Shown piece after piece: positions 30,812 to 44,530 of a DNA stretch of 64,000 bases (positions are counted from its first letter, which is position 1; every line of letters starts with the position of its first letter). Below the pieces are notes generated by a model. The model was not told the DNA's origin. It did not search any database and saw only the letters and a list, made by a program, of their open reading frames with translations. Origin of the DNA: Cystobasidiomycetes sp. EMM_F5. Its lineage: Eukaryota. Both the position numbers and the translations under genes were made by a program. The stretch is taken from positions 248,001-312,000 of the forward strand of contig JBPGPT010000002.1 in NCBI GenBank assembly GCA_051047955.1, given 5' to 3'.

Positions 30812-32464
30812 TCAAGTGTCTGATTGACCGGTAGTAGGTCTGCTGGTTGGAAGCAGGGACCGGCCAGTGCTGGGACGGACGACCTCGTTTGGTTTCCAGC
30901 AAAGCACGACAGTTCCGGCACGGCCATGTTCGTACGAGGTGACAATGGGCAAACGGGATTCAATGTTATCCAGCGCATCAAAGTTCCGTGCAGGCTTGTC
31001 GCTCAGCTCGCCTTCTTTGATGTCATTGTATGAGTCAACGGCCGTGTCATCCGAATCTTTTGAAGCAACTGATTCCCGCCGAACAGATGTCTCCGATATC
31101 TTGATACCTTCCGCCCAATCCGTCTTGGCAGATAACAGGCCTCGCATCTGCATTCGGCTTCCTGTGTCCGCTGATGGACGACCTTCACGGTGTAATGGCA
31201 GGATTGGCTTTGCCGAAACAACTGCAGAAGAAGCTGGTCGCGCGCCCTCTGCTTTCAGTGCGAGAGCGAGTCGTGACACGAATATACTCGTGAAGACAGT
31301 ACACAGCAGCCCGCCGTTACTGGCGACCGTTGGTAGCCCGAGGTGTTTCGTTGCGCTGCGATCAACCTTAAGTCTCATCTTCGGCATTATTGGCGATGTC
31401 ACTCACATGGCCATGAAAGCGAGATTGGTAGCATTCTGCATGCAGACATCAGTATCGCACGGCATCAAGATCGTCTTTGGCAGATGGTTCCACTGACTGC
31501 TAAGGCGGTCCCGACCGCGTAGAAGGTGCCGTGTCTGGTAAAGTTGGCGATCAACGTGGAATGAAAGCCACCCATCTCTCTCTTTAAAGCTACACCCCTC
31601 CAGATGCAAAGTACGCTTGTAGTCAAGTCGTAGATCAGAGGCAGGACCTTCGAAATCGAGCATCAGAAAAGCACTTCACCCCTATGAAAGGCTAATCATG
31701 GACGACCTACGCAGTAGAGATCCATTATTGGCGTGTGGGTGGAGGTCATACATGGTCCTATACCACCCGGAAAGGCTAATGCTGGGCATACCTGCGTCAG
31801 CGTTCGTTCCGATGCATTCAATATAGGAAGCTACTAACCCTTGACTTGGGTAGCAGCTAGCCAGATGCTGACGCCGAGTTGTGCCGCAAAGAGCGGACAC
31901 AGCAGGAGCAGTACCCAGCGAGCATGACCCCACTGGGCACTCACAGGTCAGCAAATTACGATGTCACGGGTCGGATCGGCTTACAATGGCGTATGTACGT
32001 AATAACAGCAAAGTGCCGCCCGCTGCGGAAATTGCAACTGGTAGGAAGGTTTGAAAAGGGATATAGTATGCCTGACATGTGTCGGTCCGCAAGTGTAGTC
32101 GGAACCCGATGAGGATAATGATGGATTCCAGCAACATCAAGTACCGATTCAAGAAGAATATAATCTAAGATTCCAGCTGCGTCAGCTAAAGCACATGATG
32201 TGATTGATACACAGCCTACTTTGACAGGTGACCAGGCTGCCAGCCAAATGCTATCCTTTTGCTGTCAGCCATGCTTAGCGGGAATACAACAGTTTGCTGA
32301 CCGTCGGTATTCGTTGTGTAGGGTTGCGAAGTATTCATAATACAGGATTCCGTATAGGCTGGTGAGTTATAGGTCAGCAGAGTGACGACGAATTTGAATG
32401 TCGCCTACATCAGGTAGTAGGTCAGCATGAAGCTTCTGTTCTCCTCTGCGGTGGCTAGTGTCAT
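30812..32464 (-). CDS. Multi-pass membrane protein, DUF6533-like
   Basis: Spliced N-terminus LYYEYFATLHNEYRRIAFGWQPGHLSKIIFFLNRYL resembles DUF6533; several hydrophobic exons; SIFVSRLALALK before a polar tail; internal exon limits approximate. Confidence 0.7.
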
Positions 32465-33004
32465 TATCTTGGGCTATATGAGACTGGACGGATTATCGTT
32501 GCCTGAACTTGTATGTCTTATGGGATGAGGAAGGAGAGGAAGAGAGACTGCGCCGAGGCACAAGTTTTGATTCGGTCTCGTCCGAGCTACTCATCGAGCT
32601 ACAGATGATGCTTTTCACGCTATGTCAGCGGCTCGATAGTGTGACAGGTCGTTGAACGGAATCTGACAGACCAGCAAGGGCAGCGTAGAGCCTGTTACGC
32701 ATTCTTCTTTGCGCCAAGAAAGCTTGCAAAGGTCACCACCCATTCGCTGCTGACAGCCTGTCCGGCTAAACTCGCTAAGATAGTCTAGACGTTATGCGTC
32801 TGATTCGCGTCAGCTGAATTAGCGTGACAGCGTAGACCACCGTCGAGGTTAGCATTGTGAGATGCAGTCTAGCCAGCTGTTATTCGTAGAGCTAGAAGAC
32901 CTGAAGTGATCTCTGACATTCGGTCGTTACATGCTGTACTGAACAGCCGGTAAGTCTCCTCACGGCCGACTGCGTACGAGTCGCCGATCTTCAGCCATTA
33001 CTGC

Positions 33005-35494
33005 ATGATCCTGGTACCATGTTGCTATAGAGCTGCTGGACGCCCTTCGCGATTCCGCTTGCCGTGGTTTGAATGTGGGGTCCGACAAGCATCCGAAAAT
33101 TACAGAACGTCACAGTCCCGGTGGTCCGCTACCAGCAGGGCGTTTCATCAATCTTCACAATGCAGTAATAACAAGACGCTGCCGTTCAAGTTGTCGGATT
33201 TTGAACCTCGTCTCATCAGGAATATTGCCATAATTGCGCATGTGGGTCTTCCTAGCCGTTCATGGCAAACCATGACATCGTGAAACTGACGGCATGTCCA
33301 GGTTGACCATGGGAAGTCCACTTTGGCTGACCGCTTGCTGGAGCTCACTGGTACGATCCCCTCTGCCAAGAATGGAGAGCGGAACAAACAAGTGCTCGAC
33401 ACGCTGAAGGTTGAAAGAGAACGCGGAATCACAGTCCGAGCCATGAGTGTTTCGTACGTCCAGCTTGTACATGTGCATACAAAAGCATCCTCATGTCTCT
33501 CGTTCAGGATGATCTTCAAACCACACTGGTCATCCGAGCAGTATTTACTAAACCTGGTGGATACACCTGGTCACGTCGACTTTTCATCCGAGGTACTCAG
33601 ATCCCTGCTGGCAGTCCAGGGCGCATTGCTTCTGGTCGACTGTACTCAGGGCGTTCAAGCGCAAACCCTGGTAAATCTCATACCTTTGACCAATATCGCA
33701 ACTGTTAAATCAATTTGCAGTCTGTCCTGGATGCTGCCCGTAAACGCAAGCTAGCCATCGTAGGGGTGGCCAACAAGGTCTGTGTATGGCGTCATAACTG
33801 TTCGAATGCCAGCTCATACTTTCACAGATTGATCTACCCAATTCCGATGTACCAAGTACCCGCGGGGAGATGCTGGCATTGCTGGACGAGGGAGAGCCTA
33901 TTCTACCTATATCAGCCAAGACTGGAGAGGGTGTTGAAGCTGTCCTGGAAGCCATCATCAAGCACATCCCCCCTCCCAGCGGATCACCACTGGGTGTGCC
34001 TTTTCGCGCTCTGGCTTTCGATTCCTGGTTTGATGAGTTCAAGGGAGTCGTAAGCCTCATTAGCGTAGCATCGGGAAAAATTGGAAGGGGTGAGAAGCAT
34101 ACATGGACATGTAGTCTGAGAAAATCTGACTTTGGTTTGGTAGGCGATCGCATCACGTCGATAAATACACAAAAGAACTACGAGGTAAATGACATCGGCA
34201 TACTACACCCAGGGCAGGTTCCTGTATCAGAGGGTCTTGCTACCGGTCAAGTCGGTTACATTACGTGTGGCATGAAGGATCCTATGGATGGTATGTGTGA
34301 CACAGAAGGCTGCCTCTCGAAAAATCCCAAGCTAAGTCATGATTTACCAGCATTTCTGGGAGACACTTTCCACAAGACGGGCACACCTACAGAACCGTTA
34401 GAAGCTTTCCGACCGCAGAAAGCCATGGTCTATGCGGGTCTCTTTCCGTTCGAGGCGTCGCAATTTCCCAAACTGGAGGAATCCGTCCGGAAACTTACCC
34501 TAACCGATCGGTCTGTGTCAGTGCAACGGGAATCCTCAGCTGCACTCGGTCAAGGTTTTCGACTTGGCTTTCTAGGCGCGCTTCACGCCGAGGTCTTCAA
34601 ACAGAGGTTGGAGGACGAGTATCAGTCGGAAGTCCTAATCACGAAGTCATTCGTATCCTTAAAACGTGAGTTATCCATGCAAGCAGCGCCATCATGCTGA
34701 CGTTTGGCAACAGTCATCGAAAGAGATGCAACGGAGACTATGATTGACAATCCTAGTAATTTCCCGGAGCCAAGTGACATGTCTGCTGGTCGATATACCG
34801 AGATCCTTGAGCCGATCATTCGAGCAACCATCATCGCCCCGGATGAGTATACTGGTCCCATCATGGATCTGTGCGCAGACAATAGAGGTGGTCAGATGTC
34901 GTTCAACTACCTCGACGAATCGTCGACAGCTTCTAGACCACGCGTCAGCCTAGTTTATACCTTACCTCTCTCCAGCATTGTAGGGGTGTTTCATTCGCAA
35001 CTCAAGTCAATCACGTCAGGGTATGCATCTTTCGACTACGAGGAAGGCGGATGGCAATCCTCAAATATGGTCCGCATGAATATTCTCGTGAATGGTCGAC
35101 CCGTCGATGCGCTCGCCAGCGTACTGCATCGATCAGAGTTGACTCGAGAAGCCCGGAGCTGGACAGAAAGACTGAAGGAGGTGATACCCAGACAACAGTA
35201 TGAAGTTATAATACAAGCTGCTGTTGGGTCGAAGATCATTGCCCGTGAACGCTTGGCGCCTATCCGGAAGGACGTAGTAGGGCGCGAAACGACTTCGAAC
35301 ATTGAAATGATTGCTAACACTGTCGTTAGACAGGTTACCTCTACGGAGGCGACTACTCAAGAAAGCTTAAGCTTCTCAACAAGCAGAAGATTGGGTTGAA
35401 GAAATTGAAGCGGTTTGGCAATGTCGAGTTGCCACCTGAAGCTTTCTACCAAGTTCTGCGTAGTTCTGGGCCCGGAGGACCGACTACGAAGTAA
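33005..35494 (+). CDS. GUF1: Mitochondrial translation factor Guf1 (LepA/EF4)
   Basis: [70 protein letters not shown]. Confidence 0.96.
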
Positions 35495-36094
35495 CACAAG
35501 AGTCAAGGCTGAACTTAATGGGGTGAGGCTATCATGCAAGCTCCTGGCAACGCAGATGCAATGTGCGGCACTTGAGTTGGCTCACGTTTACGAGAGCCGC
35601 TGCCCGACTTATTGGTATAAACATTGGGCAATATGGGGCCGCACAAGCCATTGAGACGCATGGAGGGCTGCTGACAGAGATGCATCGAAATGTGCCCCGC
35701 CTCTCGAGTCGCTTTCCTAAATTCAGTCGACCCGCTGATTTCGTGAGACCGTGATTGAGAGGCAATCTCCGTTACGCTGAAGATCAACACTAGCCACTGC
35801 TCATACAGAGCCAGTCCGGCGGTCTCCTTGCGAAGTGATAGCAGGAGTGATGACAGCTTCTTGCAGCTTGCAGAGGCAGAGGACAGAGACCTGCAGACTC
35901 TTGAAGCAAACGAGACACACACAGATGCGTAGACATTTAGCTTGGGCACATCACCGCTTTGAAGCCAGGGTTCAGGCGCGTTGTTTCACTGTGGCGTTGT
36001 TGCCAGTTTGCGCGGTCACACATGCTTCTTTTTGCACCGAACATAACACTGCGATATTGATCTTACTATTCTGCCACCGTCTGCATTCTGATAT

Positions 36095-38097
36095 ATGGCA
36101 GCTGAATCTCCAACATGGCCGCCAGCGCTCAAGGCTTTCGTCAATCTAACGTTCAGCCAGGTTCGTCACGGTGTCCGGCTGCCCAGGTGTGCCGTTAAAA
36201 AGCATTTTCAGTGCAATGACACAAACCGAGAGAAGGTGGAGACGGAGCTCAAGAAGGTGGACGAGGCTCGCTCGCATCGCTATTGCATGAACTGAGATGC
36301 CTATTATTCGCGTTCGATTATAGCGGATCTACGATGCCTACAGCAGCAACACCATGTGGACGATAGACTGGGCGAATGTCAAGCTTGATGCGTGAGGAGA
36401 TATACCTCTATTGAGCTGACATTCGCTGAGGTTGCATCCACAGGTTGAAAGCGCCGGCCAAGCGGAAAAAGTATGATGTAGTTGCAGGCCATACAATGCG
36501 ACATCTGACATCCACTATCATGTCAGAAATGCCATCAACCTGATACCTAGCGCTCAGCTGTCAGCCATTGCATCTTCAGCGGCATCCGGCGTGGCGTTCG
36601 CCAGCACATCAAATAGCACCTTTGAAGAACAGAATATGAGGCAGAAAAGACAGAAACGCTTTGAGAATGATCGTGGATTCTCGCCTGTCGTCAGTGGGCC
36701 TGTCCCAAATATCGGGCAGACCAATGGCAAGGGAAAATCAGCGATGAATAGCTTTCGGGGACTTTCTATACAGGAACAGCGACATCTCTCGTCAACGCCT
36801 GACCCGGTATTCGACCCAGTAAGCTTAGCCTGTGTAACCCTTTCTACGACTTATACCCCAAAAATTTGGCAGAACGTTATTGACTGGGACGAGGCTACCA
36901 TTGTTGGCACATCGCAACAACTGGAGAAGCCATATCTTCGACTAACATCCGCTCCGGATCCACGGGAAGTGCGACCCTTAGCAGTACTCAAGCAGACCCT
37001 GGATCATTTGAAGCGTAAATGGCGGGCTGAGAACAACTATGCATGGGTCTGCGATCAATTCAAGAGCCTACGGCAGGATTTGACGGTCCGTTGTTCACAA
37101 CCCGAGCGTGTTGATGTGCTCTGATGCCCGAATGGTATCTAAGGTTCAGCGCATAAAGAATGACTTTACCGTCATGGCATACGAAATACACGCTCGAATA
37201 GCACTCGAGAAGGTATATCCGCTGATCTCGATTCCTTACGACAGCTCTGACGCGGCAGTGACAGGGTGATCTTGGCGAGTATAATCAATGTCAATCGCAA
37301 CTGCGCGAGCTATACAAGTACGGACTGCAAGGTCATCCAATGGAGTTTCTAGCCTATCGCATATTATACATGGTACATACTCGTAACCGAAGCGGTATGC
37401 GGGCTCGTTTTTTACGTAACAGCAATGTCTGATATGATCATGCAGATTTCAATGCTCTTTTGGCCAGCCTTACTCCGGAACAGCTCGAAGAGGAGACTGT
37501 AAAGCACGCACTCGCTGTCCGAAGCTCACTTGCTACCTCCAATTACCACCAGTTCTTCAAGCTATTCCAATCTGCTCCAAAGATGGGTCCGTACATGATG
37601 GACCACTTCATAGACCGGGAGCGGATCAACGCACTTCTCGTGATTTCGAAAGCGTGAGTCGGTATGTGCCCAAAGAAGCGAGGTATTGGCTAAAACGGCT
37701 ATCGGCATAATGCACAGGTACAAGACTATTCCCCTTGCGTATCTTACTGACGAGCTAGCTTTTGATGATTCCAGCCTAACGCACGAATTTCTACTGAAGT
37801 ACAATGCAGCGCACTATATCCCCGAGTCTCCCGCCCCACCCATACTCGCCAAACCCATCTCCATTTCCCTATCTTCGCCCAAACCTCCCAAAATAACGGC
37901 GGCCGAGCGAGCCGCAATCAAGCAAAGGGAGGAGGAAGAACGCAAGCGCGAGAAGCGCCAATTGGATTGTAAGGCTGCATATCCTCAACTACTCGCTGCC
38001 TCCCAGACCTTCAACAAGGTGGACATCAAGGTGCAGTAGCTGTTATAAGTAGATGGCACCTAATTGACCGTTCTACATTCGCCAGGGACAAATCTAG
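36095..38097 (+). CDS. THP3: SAC3/GANP-domain protein Thp3/LENG8
   Basis: IVGTSQQLEKPYLRLTSAPDP, CDQFKSLRQDLT|VQRIKN, YEIHARIALEK|GDLGEYNQCQ, ends VDIK|GQI*. Confidence 0.92.
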
Positions 38098-38239
38098 TTC
38101 TCGGATCTTTTTTCGCGGACTGTGAGCCCGGTACGCATCTTATTCGACGTGCAACTGTCCTGTTCGTATCAAGCCTGTCTTGCTTGTTGTTGTTCAATGA
38201 CTTCACGTACCGCCATCGTTGTTGAATTGCTTTCGTGAC

Positions 38240-39929
38240 CTAATCGCGCATGCGAGTCGGTATGAATCGTTTGAGTGATACTTCCTTGACTGTGTAAAGC
38301 GAAAGACATGCTGGTGATGTCAATTCTGCAAAACCGCCATTACTATTTCGATGCAGTCTAGAGATTGCGGGAATAGCGACATATGCCAGTATAACGGTCT
38401 TCTTTACGCCTGAACACACTCGGTTTACAGTGTTGAGCCATTGCCAGTCACGGCGAGCCCGTAGAACGACTTGCGTCGGTGAATCTGAAGCATCTTCGTA
38501 TGTCGGAATTACAACGACGGCAAATCTGGCGCAGCCACGGTCAGTATTACAATTCGCTAGTACCTCCGTTGAGTCGCAGCTACACTCACTCCGCGTGTCC
38601 GCCCACCGGCCCAGCCCCACCGCGCATGTTGACGACGCCATCCGCTCCTTTGTACAGCACCCAATCTACGCAAAACTTTATACCATTTCGAACGACCCAT
38701 CCTAGCGACCTATAATGATGGTAGGTCACGTATGATATAATGAAAGGATTGTCTGGCCGCATCGTGTCAGCTTGGAAGACGTTCCAGCGTTGCGGGAGGG
38801 GTAGGCTGGCTTGAGCAAACATTTGCCATAGCTGCAGCGTCGTTAATTGATGAGTCGGAGGGGTGTCTGCTTCCGTCTCCGTGTCAACCTTGACGCTCGA
38901 TTCGACAATCAGCACGCCAGCTCCGAAAGCGAGAAACATTGCTTCTTCACGTTGAAGTTGCACATGTTCCTGGTTTAGAACTTGCACTCCAAGTTCTTCC
39001 AAAGCCTTCATCTGGCGCAGATTCGTACTATCGCGTTGCTTTGTCTTTCCTTTTGATTGGTGAGCGGGTTTGTCGGATTCGGGAGCGATACTGTTTCGTA
39101 GTGAATGGATGGAATCCTTGTCCTGCTCGACTCGGCTGAGACTATCGTCACCTCGAACGGGGTCTGCTGGACTATCTGCGCCTTGTTTTGTAGCCAAAGC
39201 TAACGCTTGCTTATCCCGCTCATCGGACCTTTCTTTCTGCTTCTGTATCTTGTGGAGTTTCCGGTCGGCCCGCCGTTGAGCTGTTACATCTTCAGCTGTG
39301 AGGACTAGTTACCGAACAGAGAATCAGATTCGTCCCGTAGATTGGCGTGGGGGCTCTTTCATACCATGTTCTCCGCTGATCCTATTCTTCTCGCGCTGCC
39401 ACCAGGTTGGCTCGGACCTGCTCAAACTTCCTTTGCCAAAGAATCCTTTTATCCACAAGACTTTCATGTCATTTTCGGCAGTAGCATCAGCGTTGATTTG
39501 TATATCTTCCGGCGACTGTTTTTCAAGTGTGCCTGTTCCACTGTTGTTCGAAGGTCTTTGGGTATCGGCGCGGTCAGTGTTCGCATGCGTGTCTGAATTG
39601 CGTCTCCGCTTCTTGTGCTTTGGGCCAATCCACACACTCCTAGTTGCTTCGTCCCAATGCCCAACTAGTTTCGTCGAGATGCAAGTTTCCCGCGACACAT
39701 AGTTTCTCGCTGTCCTCTTCAAATTCACCAGGGTGAGCAGTGCGTGCACAGACTGCCGGAGTGTCCAGGCTATGCTGTACAGAATGGCAGCCTCTTCTAC
39801 GTAAATTGGTAGCGGCGTCGCATAGATGGCAGCCCGGTTCTGGGCACTGCGCTTCGAGGCTGACTCGCTGGACTCTGGACGTGTCGAGGATCCTTTGGCA
39901 GCCTGCCCCGAGGACGTGTCATTGCGCAT
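38240..39929 (-). CDS. SEN2: tRNA-splicing endonuclease subunit Sen2
   Basis: LWIKGFFGKGSLSRSEPTW, EHVQL..EEAMFL, YHHYRSLGWVVRNGIKFCVDWVLYK, GHAE, GVKKT, RFIPTRMRD*. Confidence 0.93.
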
Positions 39930-40283
39930 GTATCTAAAGCAGTATCAGTCAATTCACGGTCGGTTACTGGTCAAGCTTTGCTAAATCACGTTTCGGCAAT
40001 CAATCTAATCTTTCGGATCTATACAGTAGTGACCATGTAATGGCAAGCATGCAACGCAGCCGCACGGGCAGCCGTCTTCGCGCGATTCCTTTGTGAGACT
40101 TCCTCAACGTAAAGCTATGTGCACACGTCAACCTTCAAAGGTATCTTCCGGACTGAACGAGTGTCTGGCTGTCCTAAAAATTCTATGCTTTTGTAGCACA
40201 TCAATTGACCAATTGACGCCGCGTGCCTGTGGTAATTCATTGGCACTTAGGAGATGTTCCATATCCGATGATTGCGTTGCTCG

Positions 40284-41371
40284 TTATTCGTCCTTGTCGA
40301 TTGTTATAACCACCTTTCGAGTTGCACCCAACGGTTTCTTGTAGTCGTAGAGCTCTCGGTAGAGCCAGAGTATTGAGATTGCACTACCAGGTCCCAAGAA
40401 CTGTGTGACGAGGAGAACGACCAAAGAGTATCCCCATGCTTCTTCCATTCCGGATTCAAAGCTGAAAATGACATGACTAGCCACCGCAAGAAAGGTGGAG
40501 ACGTAGTCGACAAGAAAGAAGAGATGCACTTGACGCTTGAACGTCGCTTCTTTCGGCCAGAACAGCATGACTATGTCCCGGAAGTCTTCGCCGGAATTTA
40601 GGATTTCTAGATGGCCTTTGGCTGAGATGAGTAAACCCAACAATCCGATGAGGAAGACTGGTATAGCTGACGGCGTCTTCGACAGGAATGGGCGTAGTAT
40701 CGGCGGCATGAGTAGCCCAACAATCGCGATGTAAACCGGAAAGATCTGCCATAGTGCCATTGATGTATAGCTTTGCCCTTCTTTAGCCATGAATAAGGAG
40801 GGCCCGAGGTAGCCGATAAGGCCGCTCAATAAGGCGGACCATGCATATTCGGCGCTGGGAGGTTTCAACACGGACACGTCTTTGACAGCAACTGCAGCTT
40901 TCCTGGATCCTGTAACGCTGGCGAAATAGAGCGGAATACCAACCCCTGCCCCTGCTAGTTGCGACAGCATGAGGAAAGATCCGCCAAGCTTGGCCAGGAA
41001 ACCGTGCTGTCTATAGCTCTCGTACATCATGATGCATACAGTAGGGAAAAGCAGGTGTCCGAAGGAACCCGCAAGCAACTGAGCTGGCTTGTTGCCGTCC
41101 AGACCTTGAAAGAAGACGTATAAAAAGCAGAGTAAATCGTTCAGAGGATCGGGAAGGAAGTCAAAACGTTTGGTTGCGGGGTTCAGCAAGCATCTGCCGG
41201 GTGCCGCAAGCGGTTCATTCTTGATTGCCGGCGTCTGCAGGACTGTTTCCAATCATCAGCAAGTCGTTAGGAGTGATGCGGCACTTGACTGGGCTGACTC
41301 CATAGATGCAACAAGCCGAACGCTATTGCGGCCAGTGTGAGAAACCAGGCAGTTTGCTTCTTGCCGGGCAT
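40284..41371 (-). CDS. Integral membrane protein resembling the CtvD/AurD/PaxA(IdtA)-type hydrolase/cyclase family
   Basis: Many TM segments with L(N)DLL..L..FF, ES.R, QLAGAGVGIPLYF, ALWQIFP and LGPGSAISILWLYRE motifs; family call from recalled motif resemblance. Confidence 0.65.
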
Positions 41372-41559
41372 GATGACGCGCTCCCGGCGACAGTTTAAAT
41401 CAGACAGTAGTTCAGAAGTGTTGCAGCAGTATCAGAAGAGTCGCCATAACAAAGCCGCGATATTGGTGTAGGCAGAGGTGTGAATCAGATATTCGGCACA
41501 AAAAACAGCAACGTGATTGTAAAGGGTGCACTTATTAATATACAAGTAACTTATCCAGC

Positions 41560-43123
41560 ATGCAACGCGGACTGCGAGCTTCTGCAAAGTTGGCTACACG
41601 ACGTCGCAAATATGCTACCCCTAGTCATGCTGCCCTCGCTACTCCAATGACGTTGCCGCGACTGGATTCATCGTCGTCCGTTCCTCCAGCGCCGCACGCA
41701 GCAGCTCCCCAAAGCAAGAATGATGGGAGCATATCCTCGTCCTCGTCTCGTATAGCCGTCCCGACAACATCGGAAGCCGAGCCGCAGCTTGTGACGCTGA
41801 CATTACGCACGAAAGCTTTGGATGTCGAAGCCCCGGCCTACGGGTTGCCGAAAGCTTCTTTTCCGTATGTATGGCTACGCGACGTGTGTACGGGTGCAGA
41901 GTCGGTAGATGCAAGCACGCGTCAGAAGCTCTTCAGATCAGAAGATATCGATGTCAGTATTAAACCCTGGAATTGCAAGATTGACGAACAGACCCATCAA
42001 CTGGTGATTGAATGGGATAGACCGTTGAAAGGCAAGCCGAAGAATGCGAAAGAGACCAGCACGTATGACCTAGGCTTCTTGCGGACTCACTCATCTTACG
42101 AGACGTGGCGAAGACGTTATCGCATCGACGACATGGAGCAATATAAGGCCTGGGACGCCAAAACACTAAGTACGGGGGTACACGAAAACTACGTTTAGCG
42201 TTCGCTAATGCGGGTAATCCTAGGGAAATCGCTGCTGGAAGTACCGTATGAAAAAACCGCGTCTGCTGCCGTTCAACAAGCTGTGATCAGCTCACTGTAC
42301 AGCGACGGCGTCGTCGTCTTCAATGAATTACCTAGCGAGTAAGTGATGCATTGATGCCGCACCCGACGCAGCGTTGATTGGATCCTAAAGCCCTAGCAGC
42401 GCTACGAGCGGAGAGACACTGACGCAGCTCGCCAAGCGCATCGGAACTCCCATACGGACTTGGTATGGTGAGAACACCTTCTCCGTTCGGTCGGTAGCAA
42501 ACAGCAAAAATATAGCATATACGTCTCTGGCACTCGACCTTCACATGGATCTGCTCCACTTTCATTCCCCGCCGCGTTACCAGTTTCTGCATTGCGTTCA
42601 TGCTGACGCCAGTCTTGAAGGTGGGGCTTCTTACTTTGTAGATGCCTACAAAGCCGCAGAGAAACTACAATCGTCCGATATGCCTGCCTATCGTATCTTG
42701 TGTGATAACAAAATTGGTTTCGAGTATAGGAATGACAATCACTGGACATACGCCGAACGCCCCACATTTGAAACGACGTCAGAAGGGAAACTCTCCGCTG
42801 TTAATTACTCTCCGCCCTTTCAAGCACCTATGCGTCTCTACACAGACCCAAAAAATCAGCAGGATCCGACTGACCGCATTCAAGCCATTCATACTGCTTT
42901 GCAGGCATATAGAAGACTGTTGGTCGACCCTAGTATGCGCTTTCAGATTCAGCTACGTCCAGGTCAATGCGTAGCTTTCGACAATAGACGTGTGCTACAC
43001 GCAAGAACAGCATTCAAAGCAAATTCCGACAACAAAGGAGACATCAGACTTCTTATCGGCTGCTATGTTGACGAAACCTCAGTCGCAGACAGGTTCCGCA
43101 CTCTCGGAGAACAACTGGATTAG
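41560..43123 (+). CDS. Fe(II)/2-oxoglutarate dioxygenase, gamma-butyrobetaine hydroxylase (TauD) family, with a mitochondrial-like presequence
   Basis: WLRDVC..TRQKL N-terminal domain, NIAYT..LDLHMDL (HxD), VNYSPPFQ, FDNRRVLHAR. Confidence 0.92.
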
Positions 43124-43295
43124 AGATCCGCCTGCGGATGGCCAAGAAAAAAAAAGCTCGATCTACCCACAACATGCATCAATCACTGATCTGGTGGCGG
43201 GACGACGAGATCACTCGTGACTTCGGAGTGCGGAGACTCGCCAACATGGCCATGTTGAGCAGCTACCTGCCCTAAACGCTGGCCACGAGTTGTGC

Positions 43296-43970
43296 CTAAA
43301 CAGCCTTGGCCAAGCATGCAGCCTTGTGCCGGGCGTTCATGTTATCAAGAATCCTCAGCACACCTGCATCGAAGTGGACTTGCTTATTCGGCACGACTTT
43401 GGTCGCTTCTGCCACGCGCTTCCTTTCCGCTTTCGCCGCCAGTTGTGCGGCCTGTTTCTTGGCCTCCTCTTGCTGCTTCTTCAGCTCATGCACCTGGCTG
43501 TGGTTCAAGGCACCATTAATGGCCCTAGTGAAAATCTTCTTCTGGTCTAGCGCATGATGCGGGGGAACAACCGTTTGTGGCCGGTATGGCCATACTTTCC
43601 AGTTCTGTGTGCATCTTCTGATCATGTTGACGAGATCCGGGCGCTGTAGGCAATTCCACCACTTCTGCCAGGCTTCATAGCTGATGTGCTCAAGGACCTT
43701 TGCAACGCAGCTGCACCGCCCACAGCCGTAATCAATGTCGATGCGGATGAGGATGCTAGCGGGCACAGCGCAGCCCGTTGTGTTTACATGCTTGACCAGC
43801 CAATCCCATTGTACGGCGCTCCCGTACATACAGTACTCCTGTAGAGACAGCTTCGCCGGCTTTGTCCACAGCTGAGGTGCTGCCTGTTGAAGTTTGGGCT
43901 TTCGGAGCTGCCCCACTGTGCCAACGTAATCGTTCCTTTGAAGCGCAAGGCCATCTGAGCTGCTCATCAA
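43296..43970 (-). CDS. Hypothetical protein (long last exon; upstream exons probable)
   Basis: 224-codon open frame preceded by an acceptor (GCTGAT..CCAG near 43973); C-terminal coiled-coil-like K/Q/E/A segment; no family recognised. Confidence 0.5.
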   Translation of the reverse strand: MMSSSDGLALQRNDYVGTVGQLRKPKLQQAAPQLWTKPAKLSLQEYCMYGSAVQWDWLVKHVNTTGCAVPASILIRIDIDYGCGRCSCVAKVLEHISYEAWQKWWNCLQRPDLVNMIRRCTQNWKVWPYRPQTVVPPHHALDQKKIFTRAINGALNHSQVHELKKQQEEAKKQAAQLAAKAERKRVAEATKVVPNKQVHFDAGVLRILDNMNARHKAACLAKAV

Positions 43971-44530
43971 GACTGGAGTATGATCAGCAATTGTGTCTGT
44001 TCGTGTCGGGCCAGTCTGACTGGTGCTGAAGGTCGTTCCTGCCCGCTGCGCTGCGCTGCTCGCGCACCGCCACCGGCGCTGCTTCCCCTATAGCTATGGC
44101 AACACTGGTCGAATTTTCAGCAAGCTCAATATATGTTCCGCGATAGTCGTCTGACGTACAGTATACGATACCGATGGATACGATCGTCTCCCTTCACCAC
44201 GGGGATCTACTGGATAACGTTAAAGCGGATTCCACGTGTAACACGGTCTGTCTGAGCCTGCTTGCGGCATCTGCGTATAGTGAATGATTTTTGCAATAGC
44301 ACACTTTTGAGTTGTAGCAGAGCAATTGCACGGGAATACAGCCGTAAACAGCAGATCCCGCACGTAAGAAGGAGATCCAGACAGCATTGTGATAGTAACA
44401 AAGACATGAGACAACAGTACAAGCACTAGATGACGAACACATGCCACATCGGCAGACGTGAAATACTAACAATAAAGCGGAGTGTCCATGCTACAAGTTC
44501 AAAAATCCGAAGGCGGTCTTTCTTGAGGGT

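Noticed and set aside
30867..31496. 209-aa plus-strand ORF
   Set aside because: Antisense shadow of the DUF6533-like gene's last exons
35515..35949. 144-aa minus-strand ORF between GUF1 and THP3
   Set aside because: GTG start and no family resemblance; likely spurious
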